Shown here piece by piece: positions 39,001 to 50,641 of a DNA stretch of 64,000 nt. The notes beneath the pieces are model-generated. The model worked only from the letters and a program-made list of their open reading frames with translations. It did no database searches and was not told the DNA's origin. A program made the translations under genes and the position numbers. The stretch spans positions 67,086,001 to 67,150,000 of the forward strand of contig NC_086097.1 of NCBI RefSeq assembly GCF_963921235.1. The letters run 5' to 3'. How positions within the stretch are numbered: the first letter of the stretch is position 1; each line of letters begins with the position of its first letter. This DNA is from Mobula hypostoma. Taxonomy: Eukaryota.

Positions 39001-39809
39001 AAACACCCAGCATCTTCAGACTTCCACGTGTTTGAGTTTTATATCCAGGCTTAATGGAAATGAGAAAGGCCAAAGGTGAAGAGATCTGGAGAGGCATGAG
39101 ACAGTCAACCATGCAAACATTTTTCAGATAGTAAGGGTGGAGTTTGCCATCTTTTACAGGCAAAGCTGCAGACAAGTTGCAAAAAGGATGAGGTTCTGGA
39201 TACCAGAATTACAATGGATATCGTTTGTGATTTTGATGAAGCACATTTCAGTACTGTTCAGGGTGGAATGCTGACTTATTAGTTTCAGAGGTCCTGAAAG
39301 GGTGGGCATGAATCTGGGAGATAGACAATGAAGAGAAGAGAAAAAGTGGAGATGGATTGGTTGTTTGAAAAGCCAGATGAGCTAATGTCAGTTTTTTTTT
39401 AAAAAGAGGGAGGTGATGCATCCATTAAGTCCGCTCAGCCAGTCAATAAAATCATGACCTCAACTCCACTTACCTTTACAGTCCAAATATCTACCTATTT
39501 CAGCCTTGAATTTATTCAGTGATTTAGATCCCACAATGATATTGGGAAGAAAATTCTGAATATTCATGACCAGCTAAGAGATAAAAATCATTCTCATGTA
39601 TTTTAAATAGGTGGCCCCTTAATCCTAGACAGTATATTTTTGTTCTGTATTCCCACTATCATCTCAGCATCTATCATACTAAGCCCATTCTGAATCTTAC
39701 GTGTTTCAATAAAATTAACTCTGGTTCTTAAAAATTGCAAGTTTAATCATTCTTTATTATAAAACCCCACTAATCAGCACTACCCACTGCAGTTGTAGTC
39801 TGCTTCCCA

Positions 39810-40270
39810 TATTCAGGAACTACTTCTCTGCAAAATGCTCCAAATTCACTGTAAGGATAAGCAAACGTACTTCAGTATCCAGTCCCTGGTTGGCATCTCC
39901 AACATTAAGGCCCAAGTTACATTATTTTGACTGTTGGGGTATATACACAATATCAAACTATTCCAACAGATTATCAGGCACACAGAGGAAAAGATTCAAA
40001 GAAGATATGCAAGATTTCCACTGATCTCTGGGAAAGTCTGGTCCATGATGCCTTCAAGTAGAGCAGAATCACTTGGGATACATAGGCAACACACAGAACT
40101 ACATGCAAACAATAGGAGAGGCACACCACGCCACAAACTACTGGTCAAGGACCTTCTATCTCACCTGATGGAGGGTGTTTGCAGTTCCCATACTGGCCTC
40201 ATCAGCCACAAAATACACAAAACCAGAGGAGAAGAAATTCCCATTTCATCCTCAGGGAATACCAAAGTAA
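39810..40270 (+). mobile_element. Decayed RTE-clade LINE 3' fragment
   Basis: LCKMLQIHCKDKQT...GTQRKRFKE...WESLVHD...GVCSSHTGLISH, read across frames. Confidence 0.6.
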
Positions 40271-40667
40271 AAAAATAATAGCTGTAGCAAGACTTCCCAA
40301 ATTTATACTTCTCCCCCTGCAACAAAGACACTTATTTGACTCTCTGTATTTGCTGAATTCAAATATTAGCTTTGTGGAGGTATCCAAATTCCTCCATTTA
40401 GCAGCATCCTGTAACTTCACTGCTTGTTCAAATAAATGGAACTTCAATGGTATTTCTGGTATTTTAATAGCAACAGAGGAAGTTCCACACTGTTTTACTT
40501 TCCTTATTATCTCTCTTACAAATTGAACCTCTACCTCTGAGTCTGCTTCCGGATGTCAGACAATACAATTTTGCTTTTATAAAATTGCAAAGTCCTAGCA
40601 AAGGTTTGCTAGAAATGTGAAAACCCCTTGTAATGCATGCAGAGTCAGCATCTATCGGAAGTACTAT

Positions 40668-42900
40668 TGTGTTAGTGCACAACTACATGTCAATTAAATA
40701 AAAATATGCATACGGGAGATTGCTTTAACTGGTGATTTCACATTGCAATGAGAGAGAGAACCATGCGCCTGTGCAGACAACAGATCAACTTGTAGTGCTA
40801 AAAGGGGTGGGTCATCGCTCTCAATGAAACAGATCCATACATCACACTTCCTCCCCCCTTAGATTAATACAACATAAAACTGTTATGTACAAAACATTAA
40901 ACTTCCCTTTCATAAAACCCATATTCCACATAACCATGCTTTCACAATGACAGTCCATAACCGACTTCACAGTTCTAAAGATTCTGTATTTTGGGTGGTG
41001 CTCTGCTTCTTTCAGGATAGCACCTCTGGACCTGGGGAGTGGCATCAGGTTTGGTAGGTGTCTTGTCTAAAACAACGTTCTCCGTTTCCAGTGTCACATT
41101 GCTCTCATTGACATGATTATCACTGAGAGGTAAGTCCAGTGACTGTAATGTGTCCGTCTTGTTGGATGTGGTCGACTCAGGTGTGCTCTTCAATTGCGCA
41201 TCCAGGGTCTGGTCCACATAATGTCTGCATGTCTGATCTCTAACATCCACTGCAGTCCATTTCTTATAGCTATCCTACCAGGTGTCCACTTGTCTTCTCG
41301 GTAATCACGAAGACTTAGAGTTCAATCTCGAAGCTCCTCACTGTTTCACTTGGCAACTGGCTGATCTGTTTATTTAGTACTTCCCTCCAGAGATCTGGTT
41401 TCAGGAGGTCTTTGCAGGATCTCAGATTCCTGCTCATGAACAGCATTGCAGGTGTTTGATTTGTCGTTGCATGAACCGAGTTCTGATATACAAAAAGGAA
41501 AGTGTCCATATTGTGCTGTAGAGAAATGTCCTCCTTGTCCATCCCTTTAATGGACTTCTTGAAGGTTTGGATAAATCTTTCAGCTAACCCATTCATTTCT
41601 GGGTAGTGAGGAGCTGACTTGAAATGTCTGATGCCATTTTTCTTTATGAACAGTCAGAATTCTTCTGACGTGTATTGTGGCCCATTGTCACTCATGGTTT
41701 GTTCTGGTAAGCCATTTCTGGTGAAGATGCAAACACAAGGAATTCTGCAGATTCAAGCAACACACATCAAAGTTGCTGGTGAATGCAGTAGCATCTCTAG
41801 GAAGAGGTACAGGCCGAGACCTTTCGTCAGGACTAACTGACGGAAGAGCTAGTAAGAGATTTGAAAGTGGGAGGGGGAGTGGGAGATCCAAAATGATAGG
41901 AGAAGACAGGAGGGGGAGGGATGGAGCCAAGAGCTGGACAGGTGATTGGCAAAATGGATATGAGAGGATCATGGGACAGGAGGCCCAGGGAGAAGGAAAA
42001 GATAGTCCTCAGGGCAGAGACAGACTTTGTTGAGATGGTTGACTTCATTGGTTTAACCTCCGGCCACTTCGAATGAACATCCACACCAATCAGAAACATG
42101 GAGTCCATGAATGGTCCAGCAAAGTCAATATGTACTCTTTTCCATGGCGATGACAGCCAATCCCACCACTGTAACGTTGCCTGTGGAGGTGTACTGTGAA
42201 CTTTTTGGCATCCCGTACAGCTTTTGGCCACCTTCAATTTGTTTATCTATTCCCACCCACCACACATAGCTTTGGATGAGACTCTTCTTCTTGATTGTAC
42301 CCAGGTGTCCTTCATGCATATTTTCTAATGCTCTTGTGTGCAGTTTAGAGGGAACTAAAACCTGAGATCCACACATCAGCGTTTTTTGGTCTTGTCTCGT
42401 TGAAAACTGTAGGAACATAGGGTTACCATGAGCTGTCCATCCTTGCATGATGATGTCATAGACTTTGGACAAAGTTGGGTTACTCTTTGTTTCTCTTTGT
42501 ATTTAAGAATTTGTTACCGGAAACTGGTCCACCAGTGCTGTGTGGAACACTTCTGCTGGGTCACAGTATGAAGACATTTCTTCTTCAGTTGCCAGCAGTG
42601 GAAGATGTGACAAGCCATCAGCATTGCTGTGTTGTTTGGTACCCTTGATTTCTATGTTATAAGTGTGGGCTCCTAGGAATAGTGCCTAGCATTGTAACTG
42701 GGTAGTCGTCATCACTGGAATTCCCTTCCTCGGATTGAAAATGGACACAAGGGGCTGGTGGTCTGTCACTAGTGTACACTTCTGTCTGTAGAGGTAGTGG
42801 TGGAACTTCTTTATTCCTTGTACTAGACTAAGGGCCTCTTGGTCAATCTGTGCATAGAGGCGTTCTGCGCTTGTCAGCGATCTTGAAGCAAACTCAATCA
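40668..42900 (-). mobile_element. 5'-truncated Gypsy element (RH-IN + PPT + short 3' LTR)
   Basis: FASRSLTSAERLYAQIDQEAL...TDHQPL, HEGHLG...YVWW, PWKRVHIDFAGP, NGLAERFIQTFK. PPT AAGGGGGGAGGAAG (40847-40860) is followed by TGTGATG; putative LTR 40668-40846 (TGTG...CACA). Confidence 0.85.
41729..41998 (-). mobile_element. Penelope pLTR fragment nested in Gypsy integrase (hammerhead partly deleted)
   Basis: Matches the pLTR at 50255-50500 plus the tail; TSD AAGAT at 41724-41728 / 41999-42003. Removing it restores SALRTIFTRNGLPEQ. Confidence 0.85.
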
Positions 42901-43589
42901 GGCAAAACACCAACACTTTTTGGTCTTCATCATTTAAACATTTCTTTGCTAAAGTGAGTAAACTCCTATTTTTCCATCTTATAGCCCATCTCTCATGTCC
43001 TCACCCTTTCACTTTGCTTGTCCGTATTCTCACAACACGCACATCAAGAAACTTGCCTATATTACATAATCAAACAGCAAAAAATTGCAAATATTGGAAA
43101 TATGAAATTAAAATAGAAAATGATGGAAATACTCAACAGGTCAGGTAGCATCTCTGGAGGGAGAAACAAATTACACATCAGGTTAATGGCCTTTGATCAG
43201 AAGCAGAAAAAGTTAGAAATCAACTGCGTTTTTCTGTTACAGAGAAAGGAGAGAAATACAGAAAACAACAGGAATATTTGTGAATGTTTGGCAATCTAAA
43301 GAGATTGAATGACAAAGGATTGAAAGAATGTGCTGAAAGCTTATTAATTGCAGATGGTTAGCCTGGGGAAATTACAAGAAAAATTAAACGACTGAGGGCA
43401 GAGGAGAGAAAATAAATATGCTAGAACCATGAAAATCAAGTCATTGCTACTACTAAAGATCTGAAATAATGGAAATGAAGATACTCAGAGACCAGGCACA
43501 TAAAACCTATATTTCTTTTTTTTTTCCTTTTCTGACTAATTTGAGGTATAGATTTATGTTTACATGTTCTCTCCCTTCTTGCCATTCTT

Positions 43590-44510
43590 TAGTTATCTGA
43601 ATCCTTGGCGTCCTGACCAACAGACCAGTCAGTAAGGACTGGCACCTCCATCATGATTACCCTCAACACTGGTGCATCCTCAGACCCCACTCTACTCCCT
43701 ATTCGCCCATGACTGTACGACCTGATTGTACTCTAACTTCATTTATAAGTTTGTTGGCGAAACAAAAGAGATGGTTATCAACTTTAGGAAGGGGGATGTT
43801 GCACAAACTCCTGTTTACATCGATGGTGCTGAGGTCAAGAGGATTGTAAGCTTCAAATTTCTAGGAGCGAAAATCACCAATATCTGTTCTGGTCCAATCT
43901 GGCAAAAGAACTGTGCCAGCACCTCTTCATCCTCAGGAGGTAAAAAGAATTGGCATGTCCTACTGGACTGTCACCAATTTTTATAACTGCACCACAGGAA
44001 GCACCTCGTCTGCATGCATCATGGCTAAGTACGGCAACTGTTCTGCTGGGATTTCAGGAAACTGCAGAGAGTTGTGTATGTCATAGAATGCAGCCTCCCC
44101 CGCTCCACCGTGAACTCTGTCCACACTTCTCACTGCCTTGGTAAAGCAGCTAACATAATCAATGACCCCATCCATCTCAGCTATAATCTATTCCCCCCCC
44201 CCCACCTCTCATTCATCAAAAGACATAAAAGTTTGAAAGCATGTACCACCAAGCTTAAGGACAGCGTGACCTATAAGGTCATAAGACTACTGAATGCTCC
44301 CCTAATACTCTGACCTCGCAATCTAACTCTTTATAACCTGGCACCTTATTGTCTGCATGCACTGCACTTCCTGTGTAAGTGTAACACTTTATGCTGCATT
44401 CTGTATTGCTTTCCTTTGTACTCCCTCAATGTATTGCACTAAGTAAATGATCTGTATGGAGGGAAAGCAAATCAAAGTTTTTCACTGCTCCTCAGTACAT
44501 GTAACAATTA
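43590..44510 (+). mobile_element. Rex1/Babar-type LINE fragment
   Basis: TKEMVINFRK...FKFLG and HCLGKAANIINDPIH...KLKDS...VIRLLN. Confidence 0.75.
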
Positions 44511-44614
44511 GTAAAACTCCAATAATCCAGCATGATCAGGAATTTGATTATAGTATTGTTAGTTTTTCTGGATTACTGTAAGTTATTTTATTACTGGATG
44601 TTATTAATAGCACC

Positions 44615-45042
44615 ACTCCCTGGTATGGGAACTGTACCTCCCTCAATTGCAGGATTCTGCAGAGAGTGGTGCGGACAGCCCAACGCATCTGTAGTTGTGA
44701 ACGTCCTATCATTCAAGATATTTACAAGGACAGTTATGTAAAAAGGGCCAGTAGGATCATTGGAGACCCAAGTCACCCCAACCACAATCTATTCCAGTTG
44801 CTACCATCCTGGAAACAGAACTGCAGCATAAAAGCCAGGACCAACAGGCGCCGGGACAGCTTCTTCCACCAGGCCAACAGACTGATGAACTCACGCTGAT
44901 CTGAGTGTACTCTATATTACATTGTCTGTTCTATTTTTTATAAATTACTATGATTACACATTGCACATTTAGACGGAGACATGATGTAAAGATTTTTACT
45001 CATATATGTGAAGGATGTAAGAAATAAAGTCAATTCAATTCA
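44615..45042 (+). mobile_element. Rex1/Babar LINE 3' end
   Basis: VVRTAQRIC...RASRIIGDPSHPNHNLFQLLPS...DSFFHQANRLMN; AATAAAGT(CAATT)n tail. Confidence 0.8.
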
Positions 45043-45149
45043 ACAGCTCAACTCTTTTTGAATACAATTTTTAAGGTATTATACACTGCAATGCACTTTC
45101 TAATAAGTTAAGTAAGTTGAAAGGGACTGCAGGAATGAAGCCCATTTGA

Positions 45150-45430
45150 GTGGAAAAGGAGCATGGGAAAAAGGATCTGAGCGAGTAGAAAGGGGATTGC
45201 AGAGTGTTAGGGGATCTTGGAAGCTAGGGCCCTGGGACGGTAAAGACAACAAGGACGTAGAGCCCCCAGTGTGTTAGAAGGAGTTGGGGGACATGTCATA
45301 GGGAGCATGGGAACTGGGGCCCTGTATTGTTAGAGGGAGTGTGAAAACTAGTGCCCTGGAATGTTAGATGGAGCACAGGAAACAGGGCCCCAATGTATTA
45401 GAGAGGGTCGGGGCATGAAGACCCTGCCAA
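45150..45430. repeat. Degenerate ~34-bp minisatellite
   Basis: Consecutive units GGGAGCATGGGAACTGGGGCCCTGTATTGTTAGA / GGGAGTGTGAAAACTAGTGCCCTGGAATGTTAGA / TGGAGCACAGGAAACAGGGCCCCAATGTATTAGA from 45301, with more decayed units upstream. Confidence 0.65.
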
Positions 45431-45535
45431 GAGGGAAGGGAGTGAGCCAAATGTTATCTGATTGGCCAGAATGCTGAACTATCAGGATTTCTGAGAAGTT
45501 GGATAGTAGAGTTTCACTGACTTTTAAAAATATTA

Positions 45536-46328
45536 ACTGGAGGCAGAGCTAAGTTAAGATGGCGCTAAACGGCAACTCCTTTGCTTGCATCTTATTTTTT
45601 CCTTTCAGGGTTCTTTTGAAAACCCTGACCTGGAGTTACTCGCTGACTACGGTTCTTTGCAGGTATGGGCCCTGTTCTCGGGGTTTCAGGACTGGCCGCT
45701 GTTCGGCACGCCAAGGGTACGGCCTGAGAGTCCGGCTCGAATTCGGAAGCCTAAGATCTGGGGGCTCTGGAGATGGGTGGATGGAGGGTTGGTGTCATGG
45801 CAAGAGATCCGTGTGTCATTGGGGGAGTCGGGATAGCTGCTGTGGGCCCGAAGACCTGGGATCTTTGCGATCTTTGGGCACAGAGATCGAAAAAAGTGAT
45901 GTAATGGACTTTTAACATTGTAAACCAGCGTGTTGTTTGTTATGTCTCCCTACTCGCTGGGGAAAAAAATGGAGACACCTCCCTTATTAGAGAGAGAGAG
46001 AATCTGCGGTTGTCGAATGCTGGGTGTAACGCGAAATCTTTGGGGTAACTGCAAGTCTGTGTCTTTGCTATTGCTTTGCTCAAGCTGAGTACTCGGTGGT
46101 GATACTGATGTTTGCTTTTTTTTTGCTGGTGGTGGGAGGGGGATTGTCGCTCGCTGCCACTTACGTGCAGGCGGGAGGGGAATTGGGGGGCTTTGGGGTT
46201 CTTATGTTTATTTGTCGTTCATTCTTTGGGGCACTTCTCTGTTTTCGTGGATGTTTGCAAAGAAAAAGCATTTCAGGATGTATATTGTGTACATTTCTCT
46301 TACATTAAATTGTACCTTTGAACCTTTG
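45536..46328 (+). mobile_element. Non-coding, CpG-rich non-autonomous retroposon
   Basis: Starts near AAGATGGCG (45556-45564) and ends ATTAAATTGT(ACCTTTGA)2; TSD ATATTA at 45530-45535 / 46329-46334; no credible ORF. Confidence 0.6.
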
Positions 46329-46359
46329 ATATTACCCACTTCCATATCCTAGGGGGCAT

Positions 46360-47860
46360 TTATGGATCATTCAGAGAAGGTATGATCTGTACAAAATGGA
46401 TAGGTTACACTTGAACCTGAGGGGGATGAATATCCTTGGGGACAGGTTTACTAGAGCTGTTGGGGATTGATAAGTTAGTTTGGCAGGGCAATAGAAACCA
46501 GAGTAATAGGTCAGAGGATGGGACATTTGCTATACAGGTAAATGTGATGTGTATAGAGACTGTGAGGAACAATAAATTGTAGTCAGTAGGATGGATTAAA
46601 GTTTGTCTATTTTGATGCAGCAGGTATCAGGAACAAGGGTGATGAACTTAGATCAAGGGTCAGTACATGGTAGGATGATAATGTGGCCATTACAGAGGCT
46701 GTCACAAGGGAAGGAAAAGTGGCTAGATGTCCTGGATTTAGATAGTTCAAAAAGGACAGGGAGGGAGGTAAAAGAAGTGAAGCAATGGCATTGCTATTCA
46801 GGGATAGTATCACAAGTGCAGAGAGGGAGGTTGTCATCGAGGGATTGTCTACTGAGTCAGTATGTGTGATAGTCAGAAACAGGAAGGGAGCAATCACTCT
46901 GTTAGGAGTATTCTGTAGATCCCCCAATCACAACAGAAACACCGAGGAACAAATCAGGAGGCCGATTTTCGAAAGGTGCAAAAATAACAGGGTTGTTGTC
47001 ATGGAAGACTTCAACTTCCCTAATATTGTTTGGCACTTCCTCAATGCAAAAGGTTTAGAGGAGCGGAATTTGTTAGGGGTGTCCAGGAAGGATTTCTGAC
47101 ACAATATGTACATGATCTGACTAGAGGAGTGGCCATACTGGATCTGGAGCTAGGTAATGCACCAGGTCAGGTGCCAGATCTCTCAGTGGGTGAACATTGT
47201 GGAGACATTGACCACAACTCCCTGACCATTATCATAACCTTGGACAGGGACAGAGCAGATGGTATGAGAAAGTATTTAATTGTGGGAGGGGGAATTATGG
47301 TTCTACTAGGCAGGAACTTGGAAGCATAAATTGGAAATGGATGTACTCATGGAAATGCACAACAGAAATGTGGAAGTTGTTTCGGGAGCATTTGCATGGG
47401 GTTCTGGATTGGTTTGTCTCATTGAGGTAGAGGAAAGATGGTAGGGTGAAGGAAACATGGTTGACAAGAGATGTGGAACATCTAGTCAAAAGGTAGAAAG
47501 CAGCTTACTTAAGGTTTAGGCAGCAAGGATCAGTCAGGGGTTTGCAGAATTACAAGATAGCCATGAAGGAGCTGAAGAATGGACTTAGGAGAGGGAGAAG
47601 GCGGCATGAGAAAGCCTTGGCAAATAGAATTACAGAAAACTTCTAGACATTATATCAATATGTAAAGAACAGAAGGATGACTAAAGTGAGGATTAGACCG
47701 ATTAGAGATAGAAGAGGAAACATATTGCCTAGAATCAGAGGAGGTCCTTAATGGATATTTTGTTTCAATATTCACCAAAGAGAGGAACCTGGACGTTTGT
47801 GAAAGCAGTGCAAAACAGATACTTTTGAAAAACGTCTAGAGAGGTAAGCCCCTGGGGCTG
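46360..47860 (+). mobile_element. CR1 LINE (ORF1 end + ORF2 endonuclease), decayed
   Basis: ALLFRDSITSAEREVVIEGLSTESVCVIVRNRKGAITLLGVFCRSPN...VVMEDFNFPNI; colinear with 34500-36850. Confidence 0.85.
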
Positions 47861-48469
47861 GATGGTCTGCTTCTGCCATTTTTATCATGGATTAATGACC
47901 ACGGTCAACAGCCTTTTGTTTAAGTCCAGCTTCTGGCACAGTGATCAATAAGGGGAAAGTTATGACATCATCACAGTTTAGGCAAAACCTGACTCTCTGC
48001 CTGAAGATACATAAAGTGGGACAGCGAAATCTTGGTTGGGCCATGGGCTAGAGAAATGCGGCCAAGACCATTTGAAAGTGCAGGTTCTGAACTTTACTCC
48101 ATTAAACCCTAATTCACAGGAATTGTGTCATTGCGTGATTAGAGTATGAGAATTGTACAAGCTAATTTTGTAGTACAGAAGTGAATGGCAATAATGTGCC
48201 AAAGATTACATGATTTCTTCAGATTTCTCATGATACGCCAAATACAAAAGTGTCACATTGCTTTTCAACAATTATAACATGCTTCAAGCAACGTCTAAGA
48301 GAATGGTGGGTGAGCAAGAAATAAGGTGATTACCTGATCGTTGTAATCAATTATGAAGCACCTCGGATCAACTGCTTATAATATGTAATTAAATTAAGTC
48401 TGTAATCCCTCAGCTGCCTCCCTTGCTACCAAGTGCCCCTCGGCCCCCTTTATTTTTATCGCCATATAG

Positions 48470-49290
48470 ATAGCTTAGATTACAATGGGATTCTGACAGA
48501 ATGCAGAGCTGGGCTAAGAAGTGATAGATGGTGTTCAACCTGGAAAAGTGTGAAGTGATTAACTTTGGAAGGTTGAATACGAAGGCAAGACACAGGGTTA
48601 AAGGCAGGATTCTTAGCAGCAAGGAGGAAAGAAGAATCCTGGAGTCCTCATCCACAGATCCTTCAAAGTTTCTGCACAAGTTGATAGAGTTGTTAAGAAG
48701 ACGCGTGGTGGGTTGGCCTTCGTTAGTCGGGGGATTGAGTTCAGGAGCTGCGTGGTAATGTTGCAGTTCTATAAAACCCAGGTTAGACCACACTTGGAAT
48801 ATTATGTTCAGTTCTGGTCACCTCATTTATGGAAGGATGTGGAAGTTTTAAAGAAGGTGCAGAAGAGATTTTGCAGGATGCTGTCTGGATTAGAGAGCTC
48901 TTAGGACGACAGGTTGAGTGAGCTAGGACTTTTCTCTTCGGAGGGAAGGAGGATGAGAGGTGACTAGATGAAGGTGTCACATACAAAATGCTGGGTGTAC
49001 AAGATGATAAGGATTGAGTGGATAGCCAGGGTGGAAATGACTAACACGAGGGGCATAATTTTAAGGTGATTGGAAGGTAGGGGGAATCAGAAGTAAGTTT
49101 TTTGTTACACAGAAATTGGTGGGTGCATAGAAACCCTGTCGGGAGTGGTGGTCGAGACATAAGGGAAGATAGGAAAAAATGCAAGGCTATGTAAGAGGGA
49201 AGAATTAGACTAAACAGAGTAGGTTAAAAAGCCTGCACACCATCGCGGGCCGAAGAGCCAGCATTGTACCGTAGTGCTTTATGTTCGTTG
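48470..49290 (+). mobile_element. CR1 LINE 3' fragment abutting the SNX6 promoter
   Basis: FNLEKCEVINFGR and RPHLEYYVQFWSPH; 3' GGGCCGAAGAGCC tail at ~49247. Confidence 0.85.
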
Positions 49291-49564
49291 TACCTTTAAC
49301 TTCCCCGCTACAGAACACGTTCCCACCCATTTAGTTTAAAGTCCTGGCAGCTGACATTAGGAAACTTGTTTCTTGCGGTAGTGACGGGGTCTCGGATACC
49401 AGGCGCCCATAACCTGCGGTCTGTGCAGACGACCGGAGCAGCCCGCACTGGACACGTCGCGCACCCAGTGAGAGCGGCAGCTCCAGGAGCCTCCCTCCAC
49501 CTCCCTGTTCGTCGCGTCACGGGCTTCCCTGCGCGTCACGTGACACAGGCTCTGCTGCGCAGCC

Positions 49565-49570
49565 ATGATG
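49565..49570 (+). CDS. SNX6: Sorting nexin-6 coding exon 1 (MM)
   Basis: GCCATGATG|GTGGGT with good Kozak context; joins exon 2 to give MMEDLDDGPDFLSEEDRG, like vertebrate SNX6 MMEGLDDGPDFLSEEDRG. Confidence 0.85.
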
Positions 49571-49706
49571 GTGGGTGTTCTTAATTTGTCCCATTTACGG
49601 GCTTTTACACTTCATTTCACTTTTTTCCCCCTGAGTGATTTGTGTTTCGGGCACGGACGGCAGTATTGGTTTGTGTAGTGACATTTTTATTTCATTTATA
49701 TAGCAG

Positions 49707-49754
49707 GAAGATTTGGACGATGGCCCCGACTTCCTGTCAGAAGAGGATAGAGGA
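49707..49754 (+). CDS. SNX6: Sorting nexin-6 coding exon 2
   Basis: TAGCAG|GAA acceptor and GGA|GTAAGT donor; 48 nt; EDLDDGPDFLSEEDRG. Confidence 0.93.
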
Positions 49755-50314
49755 GTAAGTTTTTGCCGTTCTCAGTTTCTGGTTCTCCAGTCCTGGGCCC
49801 TCAATAGGGCCGTAAAGGGGATTTTAAATCACGTTCCACCCTATCCTAGTTACTGTCTCGATAGGTGAACTTGCCTCGTGCCAATTGCAACTGTGCACGA
49901 ATTATATCCCGTTAAACAAGGTTAAATGTCTATTATGTTTTGGATCGCCGTTGGCACGATATTGTAAGGTGAATTTCATATTTTTATTCTTAGAATTGAT
50001 TCAGGCTTATAGCTACCAAATTTGCTTCTAATTTTGAAAAGAAAATCAAGAAAACGAAATGCAAATTGTATTGTTTTCCTTGTCTTTAGTAAGCTTCATA
50101 TTTTGGGAGAAGCCTCTGTCTTTGCACCTACTTCAACTGAGTTTTAAATGGATTCAAATGTAACCACAAAGGATAAACTGAAGCATTACTTGCACAGCTT
50201 CTGACAGCTGTTGCAGTTAATGGGATTCTCACCTCTGAGTAAAAAGGTTGTGTAACACACATAAAAGTTGCTGGTGAATGCAGCAGGCGAGGCAGCATCT
50301 CTAGGAAGAGGTAC

Positions 50315-50350
50315 AGTCGACGTTTCAGGCCGAGACCCTTCGTCAGGACT
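50315..50350 (-). ncRNA. Minimal type I hammerhead ribozyme motif (intact core)
   Basis: rc = AGTC CTGACGA AGGGTCTCGGCCT GAAAC GTC GACT. Confidence 0.78.
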
Positions 50351-50641
50351 AACTGAAGGAAGAGTGAGTAAGGGATTTGAAAGTTGGAGGGGGAGATCCA
50401 AGATGATAGGACAAGATGGGGGGGGGGGGGATAGAGCCAAGAGCTGGACAGGTGATAGGCAAAAGGGGATACGAGAGGATCATGGGACAGGAGGTCCGGG
50501 AAGAAAGACAAGGTGGGGGGGGGAACCCAGAGGATGGGCAAGAGGTATATTCAGAGGGGCAGAGGGAGAAAAAGGAGAGTGAGAGAAAGAATGTGTGCAT
50601 AAAAATAAGTAACAGATGGGGTACGAGGGGGAGGTGGGGCC

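Larger units (their letters stand above)
49300..49950 (+). promoter_or_regulatory. CpG island / promoter of SNX6, with palindromic E-box GTCACGTGAC at 49535-49544
   Basis: CpG-dense block spanning exons 1-2; perfect 10-bp GTCACGTGAC 20 nt before the ATG. Confidence 0.8.

Noticed and set aside
45150..45430. CRISPR-like array
   Set aside because: Eukaryotic context, degenerate contiguous units with no unique spacers, and no cas genes.
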